Assembly: GCF_009914755.1 (NCBI RefSeq)
Contig: NC_060934.1
Length of the DNA: 64,000 nucleotides
Strand: one strand, 5' to 3'
Source of the DNA: the human T2T-CHM13v2.0 reference genome, Homo sapiens
The translations under genes were made by a program, and so were the position numbers. Position 1 is the stretch's first letter. Every line of letters begins with the position of its first letter. Shown here piece by piece: positions 14,527 to 54,237 of this stretch. The notes under the pieces are model-generated. The model made no database searches. It had not been told where the DNA came from and saw only the letters and a program-made list of their open reading frames with translations.

Positions 14527-14670
14527 GACGCGGGGTTGGGACGGGGTCGGGTGGTTCGGGGCAGGGCGGTGGCCTCTCTTTCGCGGGGAACGCCTGGCTG
14601 GCTACGGAGGGGCGTGTCTCCGCCCCGCCCCCTCCACCGGGCTGACCGGCCTGGGATTCCTGCCTTCTAG

Positions 14671-14752
14671 GCCTAGGCCCGGTGAGAGACTCCACACAGC
14701 GGAGAACTGCCATTCTTTCCTGGGCATCCCGGGGATCCCAGAGCCGGCCCAG
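14671..14752 (+). other. DUX4 exon 2-equivalent (3' UTR exon), repeated in each unit
   Basis: Acceptor 'ctgccttctag|g' and donor 'ccggcccag|gtacca' overlapping the KpnI site; boundaries from recall of the DUX4 gene structure. Confidence 0.6.
14672..14677. other. BlnI/AvrII site CCTAGG, 10q-type marker (recurs 80 bp before each KpnI site)
   Basis: 'ttctaggcctaggccc' here versus 'ttctaggtctaggccc' in 4q-type units. Confidence 0.93.
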
Positions 14753-15090
14753 GTACCAGCAGGTGGGCCGCCTACTGCGCACGCGCGGGTTTGCGGGCAG
14801 CCGCCTGGGCTGTGGGAGCAGCCCGGGCAGAGCTCTCCTGCCTCTCCACCAGCCCACCCCGCCGCCTGACCGCCCCCTCCCCACCCCCACCCCCCGCCCC
14901 CGGAAAACGCGTCGTCCCCTGGGCTGGGTGGAGACCCCCGTCCCGCGAAACACCGGGCCCCGCGCAGCGTCCGGGCCTGACACCGCTCCGGCGGCTCGCC
15001 TCCTCTGCGCCCCCGCGCCACCGTCGCCCGCCCGCCCGGGCCCCTGCAGCCGCCCAGGTGCCAGCACGGAGCGCCTGGCGGCGGAACGCA
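14752..15090. repeat. LSau-homologous segment of the D4Z4 unit (unit 1; recurs in each unit)
   Basis: Placed from the established D4Z4 unit map (first ~340 bp after KpnI); GC-rich. Not independently aligned. Confidence 0.5.
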
Positions 15091-15134
15091 GACCCCAGGC
15101 CCGGCGCACACCGGGGACGCTGAGCGTTCCAGGC

Positions 15135-15330
15135 GGGAGGGAAGGCGGGCAGAGATGGAGAGAGGAACGGGAGACCTAGAGGGGCGGAAGGATGGGCGGA
15201 GGGACGTTAGGAGGGAGGGAGGGAGGCAGGGAGGCAGGGAGGCAGGGAGGAACGGAGGGAAAGACAGAGCGACGCAGGGACTGGGGGCGGGCGGGAGGGA
15301 GCCGGGGACGGGGGGAGGAAGGCAGGGAGG
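15135..15330 (+). repeat. Purine-rich (GGGA)/(GGCAGGGA)n tract, G-quadruplex/triplex potential (each unit)
   Basis: 'gagggagggagggaggcagggaggcagggaggcagggagg' plus flanking G-runs. Confidence 0.8.
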
Positions 15331-15640
15331 AAAAGCGGTCTTCGGCCTCCGGGAGTAGCGGGACCCCCGCCCTCCGGGAAAACGGTCAGCGTCCGGCGCG
15401 GGCTGAGGGCTGGGCCCACAGCCGCCGCGCCGGCCGGCGGGGCACCACCCATTCGCCCCGGTTCCGGGGCCCAGGGAGTGGGCGGTTTCCTCCGGGACAA
15501 AAGACCGGGACTCGGGTTGCCGTCGGGTTTTCACCCGCGCGGTTCACAGACCGCACATCCCCAGGCTGAGCCCTGCAACGCGGCGCGAGGCCGACAGCCC
15601 CGGCCACGGAGGAGCCACACGCAGGACGACGGAGGCGTGA

Positions 15641-17833
<2,193 letters not shown>

Positions 17834-18947
17834 GACGCGGGGTTGGGACGGGGTCGGGTGGTTCGGGGCAGGGCGGTGGCCTCTCTTTCGCGGGGAACGC
17901 CTGGCTGGCTACGGAGGGGCGTGTCTCCGCCCCGCCCCCTCCACCGGGCTGACCGGCCTGGGATTCCTGCCTTCTAGGCCTAGGCCCGGTGAGAGACTCC
18001 ACACAGCGGAGAACTGCCATTCTTTCCTGGGCATCCCGGGGATCCCAGAGCCGGCCCAGGTACCAGCAGGTGGGCCGCCTACTGCGCACGCGCGGGTTTG
18101 CGGGCAGCCGCCTGGGCTGTGGGAGCAGCCCGGGCAGAGCTCTCCTGCCTCTCCACCAGCCCACCCCGCCGCCTGACCGCCCCCTCCCCACCCCCACCCC
18201 CCGCCCCCGGAAAACGCGTCGTCCCCTGGGCTGGGTGGAGACCCCCGTCCCGCGAAACACCGGGCCCCGCGCAGCGTCCGGGCCTGACACCGCTCCGGCG
18301 GCTCGCCTCCTCTGCGCCCCCGCGCCACCGTCGCCCGCCCGCCCGGGCCCCTGCAGCCGCCCAGGTGCCAGCACGGAGCGCCTGGCGGCGGAACGCAGAC
18401 CCCAGGCCCGGCGCACACCGGGGACGCTGAGCGTTCCAGGCGGGAGGGAAGGCGGGCAGAGATGGAGAGAGGAACGGGAGACCTAGAGGGGCGGAAGGAT
18501 GGGCGGAGGGACGTTAGGAGGGAGGGAGGGAGGCAGGGAGGCAGGGAGGCAGGGAGGAACGGAGGGAAAGACAGAGCGACGCAGGGACTGGGGGCGGGCG
18601 GGAGGGAGCCGGGGACGGGGGGAGGAAGGCAGGGAGGAAAAGCGGTCTTCGGCCTCCGGGAGTAGCGGGACCCCCGCCCTCCGGGAAAACGGTCAGCGTC
18701 CGGCGCGGGCTGAGGGCTGGGCCCACAGCCGCCGCGCCGGCCGGCGGGGCACCACCCATTCGCCCCGGTTCCGGGGCCCAGGGAGTGGGCGGTTTCCTCC
18801 GGGACAAAAGACCGGGACTCGGGTTGCCGTCGGGTTTTCACCCGCGCGGTTCACAGACCGCACATCCCCAGGCTGAGCCCTGCAACGCGGCGCGAGGCCG
18901 ACAGCCCCGGCCACGGAGGAGCCACACGCAGGACGACGGAGGCGTGA

Positions 18948-21140
<2,193 letters not shown>

Positions 21141-22254
21141 GACGCGGGGTTGGGACGGGGTCGGGTGGTTCGGGGCAGGGCGGTGGCCTCTCTTTCGCGG
21201 GGAACGCCTGGCTGGCTACGGAGGGGCGTGTCTCCGCCCCGCCCCCTCCACCGGGCTGACCGGCCTGGGATTCCTGCCTTCTAGGCCTAGGCCCGGTGAG
21301 AGACTCCACACAGCGGAGAACTGCCATTCTTTCCTGGGCATCCCGGGGATCCCAGAGCCGGCCCAGGTACCAGCAGGTGGGCCGCCTACTGCGCACGCGC
21401 GGGTTTGCGGGCAGCCGCCTGGGCTGTGGGAGCAGCCCGGGCAGAGCTCTCCTGCCTCTCCACCAGCCCACCCCGCCGCCTGACCGCCCCCTCCCCACCC
21501 CCACCCCCCGCCCCCGGAAAACGCGTCGTCCCCTGGGCTGGGTGGAGACCCCCGTCCCGCGAAACACCGGGCCCCGCGCAGCGTCCGGGCCTGACACCGC
21601 TCCGGCGGCTCGCCTCCTCTGCGCCCCCGCGCCACCGTCGCCCGCCCGCCCGGGCCCCTGCAGCCGCCCAGGTGCCAGCACGGAGCGCCTGGCGGCGGAA
21701 CGCAGACCCCAGGCCCGGCGCACACCGGGGACGCTGAGCGTTCCAGGCGGGAGGGAAGGCGGGCAGAGATGGAGAGAGGAACGGGAGACCTAGAGGGGCG
21801 GAAGGATGGGCGGAGGGACGTTAGGAGGGAGGGAGGGAGGCAGGGAGGCAGGGAGGCAGGGAGGAACGGAGGGAAAGACAGAGCGACGCAGGGACTGGGG
21901 GCGGGCGGGAGGGAGCCGGGGACGGGGGGAGGAAGGCAGGGAGGAAAAGCGGTCTTCGGCCTCCGGGAGTAGCGGGACCCCCGCCCTCCGGGAAAACGGT
22001 CAGCGTCCGGCGCGGGCTGAGGGCTGGGCCCACAGCCGCCGCGCCGGCCGGCGGGGCACCACCCATTCGCCCCGGTTCCGGGGCCCAGGGAGTGGGCGGT
22101 TTCCTCCGGGACAAAAGACCGGGACTCGGGTTGCCGTCGGGTTTTCACCCGCGCGGTTCACAGACCGCACATCCCCAGGCTGAGCCCTGCAACGCGGCGC
22201 GAGGCCGACAGCCCCGGCCACGGAGGAGCCACACGCAGGACGACGGAGGCGTGA

Positions 22255-24447
<2,193 letters not shown>

Positions 24448-25561
24448 GACGCGGGGTTGGGACGGGGTCGGGTGGTTCGGGGCAGGGCGGTGGCCTCTCT
24501 TTCGCGGGGAACGCCTGGCTGGCTACGGAGGGGCGTGTCTCCGCCCCGCCCCCTCCACCGGGCTGACCGGCCTGGGATTCCTGCCTTCTAGGCCTAGGCC
24601 CGGTGAGAGACTCCACACAGCGGAGAACTGCCATTCTTTCCTGGGCATCCCGGGGATCCCAGAGCCGGCCCAGGTACCAGCAGGTGGGCCGCCTACTGCG
24701 CACGCGCGGGTTTGCGGGCAGCCGCCTGGGCTGTGGGAGCAGCCCGGGCAGAGCTCTCCTGCCTCTCCACCAGCCCACCCCACCGCCTGACCGCCCCCTC
24801 CCCACCCCCACCCCCCGCCCCCGGAAAACGCGTCGTCCCCTGGGCTGGGTGGAGACCCCCGTCCCGCGAAACACCGGGCCCCGCGCAGCGTCCGGGCCTG
24901 ACACCGCTCCGGCGGCTCGCCTCCTCTGCGCCCCCGCGCCACCGTGGCCCGCCCGCCCGGGCCCCTGCAGCCGCCCAGGTGCCAGCACGGAGCGCCTGGA
25001 GGCGGAACGCAGACCCCAGGCCCGGCGCACACCGGGGACGCTGAGCGTTCCAGGCGGGAGGGAAGGCGGGCAGAGATGGAGAGAGGAACGGGAGACCTAG
25101 AGGGGCGGAAGGATGGGCGGAGGGACGTTAGGAGGGAGGGAGGGAGGCAGGGAGGCAGGGAGGCAGGGAGGAACGGAGGGAAAGACAGAGCGACGCAGGG
25201 ACTGGGGGCGGGCGGGAGGGAGCCGGGGACGGGGGGAGGAAGGCAGGGAGGAAAAGCGGTCTTCGGCCTCCGGGAGTAGCGGGACCCCCGCCCTCCGGGA
25301 AAACGGTCAGCGTCCGGCGCGGGCTGAGGGCTGGGCCCACAGCCGCCGCGCCGGCCGGCGGGGCACCACCCATTCGCCCCGGTTCCGGGGCCCAGGGAGT
25401 GGGCGGTTTCCTCCGGGACAAAAGACCGGGACTCGGGTTGCCGTCGGGTTTTCACCCGCGCGGTTCACAGACCGCACATCCCCAGGCTGAGCCCTGCAAC
25501 GCGGCGCGAGGCCGACAGCCCCGGCCACGGAGGAGCCACACGCAGGACGACGGAGGCGTGA

Positions 25562-27757
<2,196 letters not shown>

Positions 27758-28871
27758 GACGCGGGGTTGGGACGGGGTCGGGTGGTTCGGGGCAGGGCGG
27801 TGGCCTCTCTTTCGCGGGGAACGCCTGGCTGGCTACGGAGGGGCGTGTCTCCGCCCCGCCCCCTCCACCGGGCTGACCGGCCTGGGATTCCTGCCTTCTA
27901 GGCCTAGGCCCGGTGAGAGACTCCACACAGCGGAGAACTGCCATTCTTTCCTGGGCATCCCGGGGATCCCAGAGCCGGCCCAGGTACCAGCAGGTGGGCC
28001 GCCTACTGCGCACGCGCGGGTTTGCGGGCAGCCGCCTGGGCTGTGGGAGCAGCCCGGGCAGAGCTCTCCTGCCTCTCCACCAGCCCACCCCGCCGCCTGA
28101 CCGCCCCCTCCCCACCCCCACCCCCCGCCCCCGGAAAACGCGTCGTCCCCTGGGCTGGGTGGAGACCCCCGTCCCGCGAAACACCGGGCCCCGCGCAGCG
28201 TCCGGGCCTGACACCGCTCCGGCGGCTCGCCTCCTCTGCGCCCCCGCGCCACCGTCGCCCGCCCGCCCGGGCCCCTGCAGCCGCCCAGGTGCCAGCACGG
28301 AGCGCCTGGCGGCGGAACGCAGACCCCAGGCCCGGCGCACACCGGGGACGCTGAGCGTTCCAGGCGGGAGGGAAGGCGGGCAGAGATGGAGAGAGGAACG
28401 GGAGACCTAGAGGGGCGGAAGGATGGGCGGAGGGACGTTAGGAGGGAGGGAGGGAGGCAGGGAGGCAGGGAGGCAGGGAGGAACGGAGGGAAAGACAGAG
28501 CGACGCAGGGACTGGGGGCGGGCGGGAGGGAGCCGGGGACGGGGGGAGGAAGGCAGGGAGGAAAAGCGGTCTTCGGCCTCCGGGAGTAGCGGGACCCCCG
28601 CCCTCCGGGAAAACGGTCAGCGTCCGGCGCGGGCTGAGGGCTGGGCCCACAGCCGCCGCGCCGGCCGGCGGGGCACCACCCATTCGCCCCGGTTCCGGGG
28701 CCCAGGGAGTGGGCGGTTTCCTCCGGGACAAAAGACCGGGACTCGGGTTGCCGTCGGGTTTTCACCCGCGCGGTTCACAGACCGCACATCCCCAGGCTGA
28801 GCCCTGCAACGCGGCGCGAGGCCGACAGCCCCGGCCACGGAGGAGCCACACGCAGGACGACGGAGGCGTGA

Positions 28872-31067
<2,196 letters not shown>

Positions 31068-32181
31068 GACGCGGGGTTGGGACGGGGTCGGGTGGTTCGG
31101 GGCAGGGCGGTGGCCTCTCTTTCGCGGGGAACGCCTGGCTGGCTACGGAGGGGCGTGTCTCCGCCCCGCCCCCTCCACCGGGCTGACCGGCCTGGGATTC
31201 CTGCCTTCTAGGCCTAGGCCCGGTGAGAGACTCCACACAGCGGAGAACTGCCATTCTTTCCTGGGCATCCCGGGGATCCCAGAGCCGGCCCAGGTACCAG
31301 CAGGTGGGCCGCCTACTGCGCACGCGCGGGTTTGCGGGCAGCCGCCTGGGCTGTGGGAGCAGCCCGGGCAGAGCTCTCCTGCCTCTCCACCAGCCCACCC
31401 CGCCGCCTGACCGCCCCCTCCCCACCCCCACCCCCCGCCCCCGGAAAACGCGTCGTCCCCTGGGCTGGGTGGAGACCCCCGTCCCGCGAAACACCGGGCC
31501 CCGCGCAGCGTCCGGGCCTGACACCGCTCCGGCGGCTCGCCTCCTCTGCGCCCCCGCGCCACCGTGGCCCGCCCGCCCGGGCCCCTGCAGCCGCCCAGGT
31601 GCCAGCACGGAGCGCCTGGAGGCGGAACGCAGACCCCAGGCCCGGCGCACACCGGGGACGCTGAGCGTTCCAGGCGGGAGGGAAGGCGGGCAGAGATGGA
31701 GAGAGGAACGGGAGACCTAGAGGGGCGGAAGGATGGGCGGAGGGACGTTAGGAGGGAGGGAGGGAGGCAGGGAGGCAGGGAGGCAGGGAGGAACGGAGGG
31801 AAAGACAGAGCGACGCAGGGACTGGGGGCGGGCGGGAGGGAGCCGGGGACGGGGGGAGGAAGGCAGGGAGGAAAAGCGGTCTTCGGCCTCCGGGAGTAGC
31901 GGGACCCCCGCCCTCCGGGAAAACGGTCAGCGTCCGGCGCGGGCTGAGGGCTGGGCCCACAGCCGCCGCGCCGGCCGGCGGGGCACCACCCATTCGCCCC
32001 GGTTCCGGGGCCCAGGGAGTGGGCGGTTTCCTCCGGGACAAAAGACCGGGACTCGGGTTGCCGTCGGGTTTTCACCCGCGCGGTTCACAGACCGCACATC
32101 CCCAGGCTGAGCCCTGCAACGCGGCGCGAGGCCGACAGCCCCGGCCACGGAGGAGCCACACGCAGGACGACGGAGGCGTGA

Positions 32182-34377
<2,196 letters not shown>

Positions 34378-35491
34378 GACGCGGGGTTGGGACGGGGTCG
34401 GGTGGTTCGGGGCAGGGCGGTGGCCTCTCTTTCGCGGGGAACGCCTGGCTGGCTACGGAGGGGCGTGTCTCCGCCCCGCCCCCTCCACCGGGCTGACCGG
34501 CCTGGGATTCCTGCCTTCTAGGCCTAGGCCCGGTGAGAGACTCCACACAGCGGAGAACTGCCATTCTTTCCTGGGCATCCCGGGGATCCCAGAGCCGGCC
34601 CAGGTACCAGCAGGTGGGCCGCCTACTGCGCACGCGCGGGTTTGCGGGCAGCCGCCTGGGCTGTGGGAGCAGCCCGGGCAGAGCTCTCCTGCCTCTCCAC
34701 CAGCCCACCCCGCCGCCTGACCGCCCCCTCCCCACCCCCACCCCCCGCCCCCGGAAAACGCGTCGTCCCCTGGGCTGGGTGGAGACCCCCGTCCCGCGAA
34801 ACACCGGGCCCCGCGCAGCGTCCGGGCCTGACACCGCTCCGGCGGCTCGCCTCCTCTGCGCCCCCGCGCCACCGTCGCCCGCCCGCCCGGGCCCCTGCAG
34901 CCGCCCAGGTGCCAGCACGGAGCGCCTGGCGGCGGAACGCAGACCCCAGGCCCGGCGCACACCGGGGACGCTGAGCGTTCCAGGCGGGAGGGAAGGCGGG
35001 CAGAGATGGAGAGAGGAACGGGAGACCTAGAGGGGCGGAAGGATGGGCGGAGGGACGTTAGGAGGGAGGGAGGGAGGCAGGGAGGCAGGGAGGCAGGGAG
35101 GAACGGAGGGAAAGACAGAGCGACGCAGGGACTGGGGGCGGGCGGGAGGGAGCCGGGGACGGGGGGAGGAAGGCAGGGAGGAAAAGCGGTCTTCGGCCTC
35201 CGGGAGTAGCGGGACCCCCGCCCTCCGGGAAAACGGTCAGCGTCCGGCGCGGGCTGAGGGCTGGGCCCACAGCCGCCGCGCCGGCCGGCGGGGCACCACC
35301 CATTCGCCCCGGTTCCGGGGCCCAGGGAGTGGGCGGTTTCCTCCGGGACAAAAGACCGGGACTCGGGTTGCCGTCGGGTTTTCACCCGCGCGGTTCACAG
35401 ACCGCACATCCCCAGGCTGAGCCCTGCAACGCGGCGCGAGGCCGACAGCCCCGGCCACGGAGGAGCCACACGCAGGACGACGGAGGCGTGA

Positions 35492-37687
<2,196 letters not shown>

Positions 37688-38801
37688 GACGCGGGGTTGG
37701 GACGGGGTCGGGTGGTTCGGGGCAGGGCGGTGGCCTCTCTTTCGCGGGGAACGCCTGGCTGGCTACGGAGGGGCGTGTCTCCGCCCCGCCCCCTCCACCG
37801 GGCTGACCGGCCTGGGATTCCTGCCTTCTAGGCCTAGGCCCGGTGAGAGACTCCACACAGCGGAGAACTGCCATTCTTTCCTGGGCATCCCGGGGATCCC
37901 AGAGCCGGCCCAGGTACCAGCAGGTGGGCCGCCTACTGCGCACGCGCGGGTTTGCGGGCAGCCGCCTGGGCTGTGGGAGCAGCCCGGGCAGAGCTCTCCT
38001 GCCTCTCCACCAGCCCACCCCGCCGCCTGACCGCCCCCTCCCCACCCCCACCCCCCGCCCCCGGAAAACGCGTCGTCCCCTGGGCTGGGTGGAGACCCCC
38101 GTCCCGCGAAACACCGGGCCCCGCGCAGCGTCCGGGCCTGACACCGCTCCGGCGGCTCGCCTCCTCTGCGCCCCCGCGCCACCGTCGCCCGCCCGCCCGG
38201 GCCCCTGCAGCCGCCCAGGTGCCAGCACGGAGCGCCTGGCGGCGGAACGCAGACCCCAGGCCCGGCGCACACCGGGGACGCTGAGCGTTCCAGGCGGGAG
38301 GGAAGGCGGGCAGAGATGGAGAGAGGAACGGGAGACCTAGAGGGGCGGAAGGATGGGCGGAGGGACGTTAGGAGGGAGGGAGGGAGGCAGGGAGGCAGGG
38401 AGGCAGGGAGGAACGGAGGGAAAGACAGAGCGACGCAGGGACTGGGGGCGGGCGGGAGGGAGCCGGGGACGGGGGGAGGAAGGCAGGGAGGAAAAGCGGT
38501 CTTCGGCCTCCGGGAGTAGCGGGACCCCCGCCCTCCGGGAAAACGGTCAGCGTCCGGCGCGGGCTGAGGGCTGGGCCCACAGCCGCCGCGCCGGCCGGCG
38601 GGGCACCACCCATTCGCCCCGGTTCCGGGGCCCAGGGAGTGGGCGGTTTCCTCCGGGACAAAAGACCGGGACTCGGGTTGCCGTCGGGTTTTCACCCGCG
38701 CGGTTCACAGACCGCACATCCCCAGGCTGAGCCCTGCAACGCGGCGCGAGGCCGACAGCCCCGGCCACGGAGGAGCCACACGCAGGACGACGGAGGCGTG
38801 A

Positions 38802-40997
<2,196 letters not shown>

Positions 40998-42111
40998 GAC
41001 GCGGGGTTGGGACGGGGTCGGGTGGTTCGGGGCAGGGCGGTGGCCTCTCTTTCGCGGGGAACGCCTGGCTGGCTACGGAGGGGCGTGTCTCCGCCCCGCC
41101 CCCTCCACCGGGCTGACCGGCCTGGGATTCCTGCCTTCTAGGCCTAGGCCCGGTGAGAGACTCCACACAGCGGAGAACTGCCATTCTTTCCTGGGCATCC
41201 CGGGGATCCCAGAGCCGGCCCAGGTACCAGCAGGTGGGCCGCCTACTGCGCACGCGCGGGTTTGCGGGCAGCCGCCTGGGCTGTGGGAGCAGCCCGGGCA
41301 GAGCTCTCCTGCCTCTCCACCAGCCCACCCCGCCGCCTGACCGCCCCCTCCCCACCCCCACCCCCCGCCCCCGGAAAACGCGTCGTCCCCTGGGCTGGGT
41401 GGAGACCCCCGTCCCGCGAAACACCGGGCCCCGCGCAGCGTCCGGGCCTGACACCGCTCCGGCGGCTCGCCTCCTCTGCGCCCCCGCGCCACCGTGGCCC
41501 GCCCGCCCGGGCCCCTGCAGCCGCCCAGGTGCCAGCACGGAGCGCCTGGCGGCGGAACGCAGACCCCAGGCCCGGCGCACACCGGGGACGCTGAGCGTTC
41601 CAGGCGGGAGGGAAGGCGGGCAGAGATGGAGAGAGGAACGGGAGACCTAGAGGGGCGGAAGGATGGGCGGAGGGACGTTAGGAGGGAGGGAGGGAGGCAG
41701 GGAGGCAGGGAGGCAGGGAGGAACGGAGGGAAAGACAGAGCGACGCAGGGACTGGGGGCGGGCGGGAGGGAGCCGGGGACGGGGGGAGGAAGGCAGGGAG
41801 GAAAAGCGGTCTTCGGCCTCCGGGAGTAGCGGGACCCCCGCCCTCCGGGAAAACGGTCAGCGTCCGGCGCGGGCTGAGGGCTGGGCCCACAGCCGCCGCG
41901 CCGGCCGGCGGGACACCACCCATTCGCCCCGGTTCCGGGGCCCAGGGAGTGGGCGGTTTCCTCCGGGACAAAAGACCGGGACTCGGGTTGCCGTCGGGTT
42001 TTCACCCGCGCGGTTCACAGACCGCACATCCCCAGGCTGAGCCCTGCAACGCGGCGCGAGGCCGACAGCCCCGGCCACGGAGGAGCCACACGCAGGACGA
42101 CGGAGGCGTGA

Positions 42112-44307
<2,196 letters not shown>

Positions 44308-45421
44308 GACGCGGGGTTGGGACGGGGTCGGGTGGTTCGGGGCAGGGCGGTGGCCTCTCTTTCGCGGGGAACGCCTGGCTGGCTACGGAGGGGCGTGTCT
44401 CCGCCCCGCCCCCTCCACCGGGCTGACCGGCCTGGGATTCCTGCCTTCTAGGCCTAGGCCCGGTGAGAGACTCCACACAGCGGAGAACTGCCATTCTTTC
44501 CTGGGCATCCCGGGGATCCCAGAGCCGGCCCAGGTACCAGCAGGTGGGCCGCCTACTGCGCACGCGCGGGTTTGCGGGCAGCCGCCTGGGCTGTGGGAGC
44601 AGCCCGGGCAGAGCTCTCCTGCCTCTCCACCAGCCCACCCCGCCGCCTGACCGCCCCCTCCCCACCCCCACCCCCCGCCCCCGGAAAACGCGTCGTCCCC
44701 TGGGCTGGGTGGAGACCCCCGTCCCGCGAAACACCGGGCCCCGCGCAGCGTCCGGGCCTGACACCGCTCCGGCGGCTCGCCTCCTCTGCGCCCCCGCGCC
44801 ACCGTGGCCCGCCCGCCCGGGCCCCTGCAGCCGCCCAGGTGCCAGCACGGAGCGCCTGGCGGCGGAACGCAGACCCCAGGCCCGGCGCACACCGGGGACG
44901 CTGAGCGTTCCAGGCGGGAGGGAAGGCGGGCAGAGATGGAGAGAGGAACGGGAGACCTAGAGGGGCGGAAGGATGGGCGGAGGGACGTTAGGAGGGAGGG
45001 AGGGAGGCAGGGAGGCAGGGAGGCAGGGAGGAACGGAGGGAAAGACAGAGCGACGCAGGGACTGGGGGCGGGCGGGAGGGAGCCGGGGACGGGGGGAGGA
45101 AGGCAGGGAGGAAAAGCGGTCTTCGGCCTCCGGGAGTAGCGGGACCCCCGCCCTCCGGGAAAACGGTCAGCGTCCGGCGCGGGCTGAGGGCTGGGCCCAC
45201 AGCCGCCGCGCCGGCCGGCGGGACACCACCCATTCGCCCCGGTTCCGGGGCCCAGGGAGTGGGCGGTTTCCTCCGGGACAAAAGACCGGGACTCGGGTTG
45301 CCGTCGGGTTTTCACCCGCGCGGTTCACAGACCGCACATCCCCAGGCTGAGCCCTGCAACGCGGCGCGAGGCCGACAGCCCCGGCCACGGAGGAGCCACA
45401 CGCAGGACGACGGAGGCGTGA

Positions 45422-47617
<2,196 letters not shown>

Positions 47618-48731
47618 GACGCGGGGTTGGGACGGGGTCGGGTGGTTCGGGGCAGGGCGGTGGCCTCTCTTTCGCGGGGAACGCCTGGCTGGCTACGGAG
47701 GGGCGTGTCTCCGCCCCGCCCCCTCCACCGGGCTGACCGGCCTGGGATTCCTGCCTTCTAGGCCTAGGCCCGGTGAGAGACTCCACACAGCGGAGAACTG
47801 CCATTCTTTCCTGGGCATCCCGGGGATCCCAGAGCCGGCCCAGGTACCAGCAGGTGGGCCGCCTACTGCGCACGCGCGGGTTTGCGGGCAGCCGCCTGGG
47901 CTGTGGGAGCAGCCCGGGCAGAGCTCTCCTGCCTCTCCACCAGCCCACCCCGCCGCCTGACCGCCCCCTCCCCACCCCCACCCCCCGCCCCCGGAAAACG
48001 CGTCGTCCCCTGGGCTGGGTGGAGACCCCCGTCCCGCGAAACACCGGGCCCCGCGCAGCGTCCGGGCCTGACACCGCTCCGGCGGCTCGCCTCCTCTGCG
48101 CCCCCGCGCCACCGTCGCCCGCCCGCCCGGGCCCCTGCAGCCGCCCAGGTGCCAGCACGGAGCGCCTGGCGGCGGAACGCAGACCCCAGGCCCGGCGCAC
48201 ACCGGGGACGCTGAGCGTTCCAGGCGGGAGGGAAGGCGGGCAGAGATGGAGAGAGGAACGGGAGACCTAGAGGGGCGGAAGGATGGGCGGAGGGACGTTA
48301 GGAGGGAGGGAGGGAGGCAGGGAGGCAGGGAGGCAGGGAGGAACGGAGGGAAAGACAGAGCGACGCAGGGACTGGGGGCGGGCGGGAGGGAGCCGGGGAC
48401 GGGGGGAGGAAGGCAGGGAGGAAAAGCGGTCTTCGGCCTCCGGGAGTAGCGGGACCCCCGCCCTCCGGGAAAACGGTCAGCGTCCGGCGCGGGCTGAGGG
48501 CTGGGCCCACAGCCGCCGCGCCGGCCGGCGGGGCACCACCCATTCGCCCCGGTTCCGGGGCCCAGGGAGTGGGCGGTTTCCTCCGGGACAAAAGACCGGG
48601 ACTCGGGTTGCCGTCGGGTTTTCACCCGCGCGGTTCACAGACCGCACATCCCCAGGCTGAGCCCTGCAACGCGGCGCGAGGCCGACAGCCCCGGCCACGG
48701 AGGAGCCACACGCAGGACGACGGAGGCGTGA

Positions 48732-50927
<2,196 letters not shown>

Positions 50928-52041
50928 GACGCGGGGTTGGGACGGGGTCGGGTGGTTCGGGGCAGGGCGGTGGCCTCTCTTTCGCGGGGAACGCCTGGCT
51001 GGCTACGGAGGGGCGTGTCTCCGCCCCGCCCCCTCCACCGGGCTGACCGGCCTGGGATTCCTGCCTTCTAGGCCTAGGCCCGGTGAGAGACTCCACACAG
51101 CGGAGAACTGCCATTCTTTCCTGGGCATCCCGGGGATCCCAGAGCCGGCCCAGGTACCAGCAGGTGGGCCGCCTACTGCGCACGCGCGGGTTTGCGGGCA
51201 GCCGCCTGGGCTGTGGGAGCAGCCCGGGCAGAGCTCTCCTGCCTCTCCACCAGCCCACCCCGCCGCCTGACCGCCCCCTCCCCACCCCCACCCCCCGCCC
51301 CCGGAAAACGCGTCGTCCCCTGGGCTGGGTGGAGACCCCCGTCCCGCGAAACACCGGGCCCCGCGCAGCGTCCGGGCCTGACACCGCTCCGGCGGCTCGC
51401 CTCCTCTGCGCCCCCGCGCCACCGTCGCCCGCCCGCCCGGGCCCCTGCAGCCGCCCAGGTGCCAGCACGGAGCGCCTGGCGGCGGAACGCAGACCCCAGG
51501 CCCGGCGCACACCGGGGACGCTGAGCGTTCCAGGCGGGAGGGAAGGCGGGCAGAGATGGAGAGAGGAACGGGAGACCTAGAGGGGCGGAAGGATGGGCGG
51601 AGGGACGTTAGGAGGGAGGGAGGGAGGCAGGGAGGCAGGGAGGCAGGGAGGAACGGAGGGAAAGACAGAGCGACGCAGGGACTGGGGGCGGGCGGGAGGG
51701 AGCCGGGGACGGGGGGAGGAAGGCAGGGAGGAAAAGCGGTCTTCGGCCTCCGGGAGTAGCGGGACCCCCGCCCTCCGGGAAAACGGTCAGCGTCCGGCGC
51801 GGGCTGAGGGCTGGGCCCACAGCCGCCGCGCCGGCCGGCGGGGCACCACCCATTCGCCCCGGTTCCGGGGCCCAGGGAGTGGGCGGTTTCCTCCGGGACA
51901 AAAGACCGGGACTCGGGTTGCCGTCGGGTTTTCACCCGCGCGGTTCACAGACCGCACATCCCCAGGCTGAGCCCTGCAACGCGGCGCGAGGCCGACAGCC
52001 CCGGCCACGGAGGAGCCACACGCAGGACGACGGAGGCGTGA

Positions 52042-54237
<2,196 letters not shown>

